DNA of 64,000 bases, from assembly GCA_002269645.1 (NCBI GenBank), contig NIVC01000992.1, positions 62,001 to 126,000 on the forward strand, given 5' to 3'. Under the pieces are notes generated by a model. That model did no database searches and had not been told where the DNA came from. It saw nothing but the letters and a program-made list of their open reading frames with translations. Shown here one piece after another: positions 56,691 to 64,000 of this stretch. The DNA comes from Macrostomum lignano (taxonomy: Eukaryota). Position 1 is the first letter of the stretch. Each line of letters begins with the position of its first letter. The translations under genes were made by a program, and so were the position numbers.

Positions 56691-59539
56691 TTGGCTCTGC
56701 TCGTGCAATTAACGCCTTTGAGGGCCAACCCCAAGGCACAGTGAAGTGTACATGCCTAACGATAAATAAAGTTAGAGCCGCTGTCGGCGGAATGGGCAGC
56801 AATGCCTCTCGCCGGTTGTGTGACAATGCTGCTTAAAGCGCGCCAAGGTGCACACAGGCCCTGGCCCTGCCTCCAATGAAGAACATGCAGAGAGCATCAG
56901 AGCCAGGAGCAAAAGTCAATTTAGCTCGTAAAACATGCATCAGCGAAACTCCAACCTTTCTCTTCTGTCCAAAAACAAACAGTGGTTAACAAAACATACG
57001 GAAGCAGTTAAATTCATGCTTTTAACCGATTCCAGTAAATTTTGTTAGTCAAATAGATCGGAGAGACTACACGGCATGTATTACTAGTGCACACAAAAGA
57101 TCGCTTACATTGTTACAGAAGACCTTAAAAATGAGATCCAGGAATCTAATCTCGCATTCTAATTTTTGCTACTCGTAGTGAATCCCGCCTGAAATTATAA
57201 CAAAATGATATAATTTAATTCCTTAGATCCAGAAAAAATTTTAAACTATCAAAACAAATTATTAACACAAGGACAAACTAATATGTCTTCCTTCTCAGTC
57301 TGTTTCTTAAATGCAAATGGCCTGTCAACTTAAGCTCATTGGATCTACGACAATTGACTGCCGCAATTTGACTGCCAGCAAAATGACTGCCTAAAAACAC
57401 TCCAGGCTGTTTATTCATGATCGTATATATGCAAGGCTAGCAAGGCTTTTACATGAGTAAAAATGCAAACCACATTTGGCTTTCTTGTTAAGCCTAGTCA
57501 AAGCTAAAGTTAATGATACGCTAGCTCTATAAACAGCAATTATGGAACACAGATACATGTGGAAGATCCGTTTGAACATTAGTAGATTTACATGCACGTA
57601 TTGTTGTTCTCTGGCGAGTAGCTTTAGACAACCCGGGCTCGCTGTCTAGATAATTGGATCTTGACCACGACGTCAGCTACCGCACCAACCAGAGGCGCAC
57701 ACAAAGTCTAGGGGACGAGGCCTGGTGGCTGAACCCTTTCAGCGCCAGATCCCAAGGATTGCACAGGTGTTTTCATGAATTTCGGTCTGCGTCAATAAGA
57801 TTCGAAGTTTTCAGAATTTCAGCTAATCTCATTATCTATTTGCCCAAAACCCTGTGACGAAAAATAAGTAACCAAGAGGCAAATTGCAATCTTAGCAATG
57901 TTTAATACGTCTACTACACATAATATTAAACGTGTATATGTATATTAATATATAAGCGTCGTCATAGTTTGCACCGTAAAATGTCAAACAAACTGGTTTA
58001 TTTGTATATATGAATATATAATATATATAAAATATAAAATGTGCATGTCATATGTACGCGCAAGTAGAACAGAAGGTGTAGCGCCAAAAAACAATATAAA
58101 TAATAATAATAGTAGTAGTACATTAAGTAGTAGTGCGTTTACGTCAGCAGTAAAGATAATTACTTTTTTATTTAACAGCAAACACACTGACGAGTCAACA
58201 AAGCTGAAAGTTCAGTTTTGACAGCAACTGAAAAAATTATGAGCAACAAAGATTAAGGCAGAGAGGAAATCAATTGTTATTATTATACATTTTTGCTGCA
58301 GTGACTACTAACCGTAACATAGGCAAACGAAACCTTAAGAATTGAAATTTTTATTGGCAATAACTAATCCCTAAATATAAATTTATCTGATCCATTAGCT
58401 ATTGACAATCAATATTAGGTAAGTAATATATTAATTTCCACTATTTGCGTTGATCCCGCAATCCACAAAGTAAACAACTGATGTACAATGGCTCAAGAAG
58501 GCACACAAACACATGCAATAAAATTAATTGAACATAAAAAACCATAACTATCAAAATGACGCACAAAAGAACTGATATGCACACAGATTTAATTGGCATT
58601 GATTTAGCAGCGCAAAAACTTGTTATAGAAAATTAGGATATACCATAGGCTAAAGCACAAATAGACGGATAAGGCCTTTCGGTATTAGCAACAGTAGCAT
58701 AATGTGGAAATAAATAATAGTGTGTGTAAAATGTTAAAAGTAGCAATTTACAAATAAAAGAAAGTACTACCTATATAACTAATAATAGTTTGAAAACATG
58801 TGCTGCTAAATAAACAATATTATTATTCATATTTGTACACAATTAAGACACATTTATGATAATTAGGCATCAACAACTTATTTATATAACAGATATAACA
58901 TTTGTTCTGTCTCTTGGTTGTGTATTTTCTGTGCAAAAATATAACAACTTAACAATTAAGCATCAGATTAACAAATTAAACAAATTAAATAACTAGAAAT
59001 AACAGACAAATAGAAAACTAGTTTAACGGAGCTGCGGATAATAACAAACTACTAATTTATAACCTCTTAAAATCATTACAAACAGCATATTATTATTTAT
59101 TTACCAATACGTTAAGCATACTTTTACTGTGAGATTCTGTGTGCGTTTAAAACAAACACTTTTTAATCGTCAAGTGTCTAAAAGAGAAATTTACTGCATT
59201 TTTAGCATTTTAATAAAATTTATTTTAGTTGTAACATTTTGACAGAACTACTTGAGTTACAAATACTTACTAAGTAGTATATAGATGTCATGATGACCAA
59301 AAAAGAATGAGTCAATGTCTGCAGGTGTTGGCAATAATCCGAGATACTGGAAAAACTGGATATGTCACTCGCAAAAAATTGGTAAAAAGTGGAGCGTCTA
59401 CTCTTTTTTTAGTAGTTTGTCTGAAGTGTAACTAAAATTTAATTTGGTAGCTAAAATTTTCTTTCCCATGTGGCGACAGGAGCATATGGGGTTGAAAATA
59501 AACAACTGAACGTCAGACGGACGAAACCCAGCCTATGAG

Positions 59540-59760
59540 GGACAGGCCAAATCTAGCTCTAGCTCAGCCAATGAGAGAGCAGTAAGGAGAGATTTTGAAG
59601 CTAGATGGACGGATATTCAACCTAGGGGGCAGGCCCAATCCAGCTCAGCCAATGAGAGAGCAGTAAGGAGAGAGGTGAAAGTCAGACGGACGAAAACTCA
59701 ACCTAGGGGGCAGGCCCAGTCTAGCTTAGCCAATGAGAGAGCAGTAAGGAGAGAGATCTG
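59540..59760. repeat. About 80-bp imperfect repeat x3 in the Smad 3' region
   Basis: AGCCAATGAGAGAGCAGTAAGGAGAG occurs three times. Confidence 0.8.
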
Positions 59761-59905
59761 CTTCTTGTACCTTTAAAAACCTTAAATATCTTAGGGCTAA
59801 AAAACGCTAATCTTGCTACTGAAAAAGAGTAGACGAGTGCATTTTTTGCGACTGGCTTATCTAGTTATTTTAGTATCCGTGGAAACCGTGACAAAATTTT
59901 GTTGT

Positions 59906-63126
<3,221 letters not shown>

Positions 63127-63381
63127 CTAGACAGAGAGGCTGCGACACTCAATATTAGAAATCAAAGTTAAACATAAAAGATGGTTGCAATGTGGAATAG
63201 TCCACTTGATCTGATAGTAATGTTTCATTTCATATTTACTATTCATATCTAAAGTTTTTGTGTCATATTCAAGATTTTATATGCAACAAATTCAACAATG
63301 ATCAATTATTAATAAGAATCATCTTTCCAAGATCAAAGTATTTTAGCATAATGAAAAATACAAGGTGCAACAAAGTCAGAG

Positions 63382-63652
63382 CATACATGCGCAACAGTTG
63401 GCCAAGTCGGCCAATCCGACCGACCGATTTGGCGGCCAACCAAGGAAGTTGCAAAAATGCCCACCCAAAAAACACCAAGTAGTAGTACTAAAGTAGCTTT
63501 ATAAGTTAGTCATAGTTACTCTTGCGGTTTACCCAAAGTTGCGTTAATTGCGTTTTTTACATGTAAGTCGCATTTTTGGCCAAAAACTACGTCACATTTT
63601 TGTTAAAACTAAGTCGCATGGCCGACTGAATTTTGGAGGTTGCGCATGTATG
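63382..63652. mobile_element. MITE, second copy of the 26595 family in opposite orientation
   Basis: TIR CATACATGCGCAAC and 8-bp TSD AGTCAGAG (63374-63381, 63653-63660). Confidence 0.92.
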
Positions 63653-64000
63653 AGTCAGAGCACTCAGTACCTTAAATAATCTCCATTAGCCTCAAATAAT
63701 CTGACAACACTCAATAAGCTACTCAATTCTTATCTAAAAATTCCAACATCCTAGCAAAAATATTTCAACACAGTGGCTTTGGGTTCTTCATTAGAATGAA
63801 ATGATTTGTTGGCCAGAGAGTTTGACAGCAATAGAGATAGGTAATAATTACAAGGGGTGTTGCAAAAGTTTCTGGACTATGTTTGCTGTTGACAGCAGGA
63901 TATTTTCTCTTTCAAATTTTTGAAGCATAAAATTTCACAGCAATACCATGTGCCTCCCAAAAGGTATGAACATTGCAAAACTGTAACCAAGAAATTTCTA

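Noticed and set aside
55560-56826. Four overlapping ~380 aa ORFs
   Set aside because: Artefacts of a GC-rich minisatellite open in many frames.
57630-57780. GC-rich structured island as HDV-like ribozyme or snRNA
   Set aside because: Only simple hairpins could be drawn. Neither the nested double pseudoknot nor any known snRNA or SL motif was found.
58187-58220. Hammerhead-like CTGACGA...GAAA
   Set aside because: Stem II and stem I cannot pair.

Overview
Eukaryotic, repeat-rich genomic DNA from an invertebrate. The style (GTCT- and minisatellite-filled introns, PAN-fucolectin gene, acceptor sites just ahead of start codons) resembles free-living flatworms such as Macrostomum, but this is an inference. 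Positions 1-7506 hold one end of a Polinton/Maverick (adintovirus-like) element on the minus strand. Its order is AGTAGT terminus, palindromic 47-bp array, tandem PC4-like gene, integrase, minor capsid, basic core protein, frameshifted major capsid, adenain-like protease, packaging ATPase and two conserved ORFs; no polymerase is visible in the window. The middle is a pile-up of DNA transposons whose TIRs and target-site duplications can be read directly: a P-like element, a MULE-like element, a Merlin, two copies of one MITE, a BEN-domain-only CMC-like element and an EnSpm/CACTA element with an intact transposase. There are also tRNA-derived SINEs, a Crypton-like remnant and two minimal Penelope-type hammerhead motifs. 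Host genes are a C3orf33 homolog, an LRR-transmembrane receptor with a possible highly diverged TIR-like tail, a PLP-dependent Ser/Thr dehydratase-family gene, a secreted PAN + fucolectin gene and a BMP-type Smad1/5. All family assignments come from motif recognition by eye; no searches were run.
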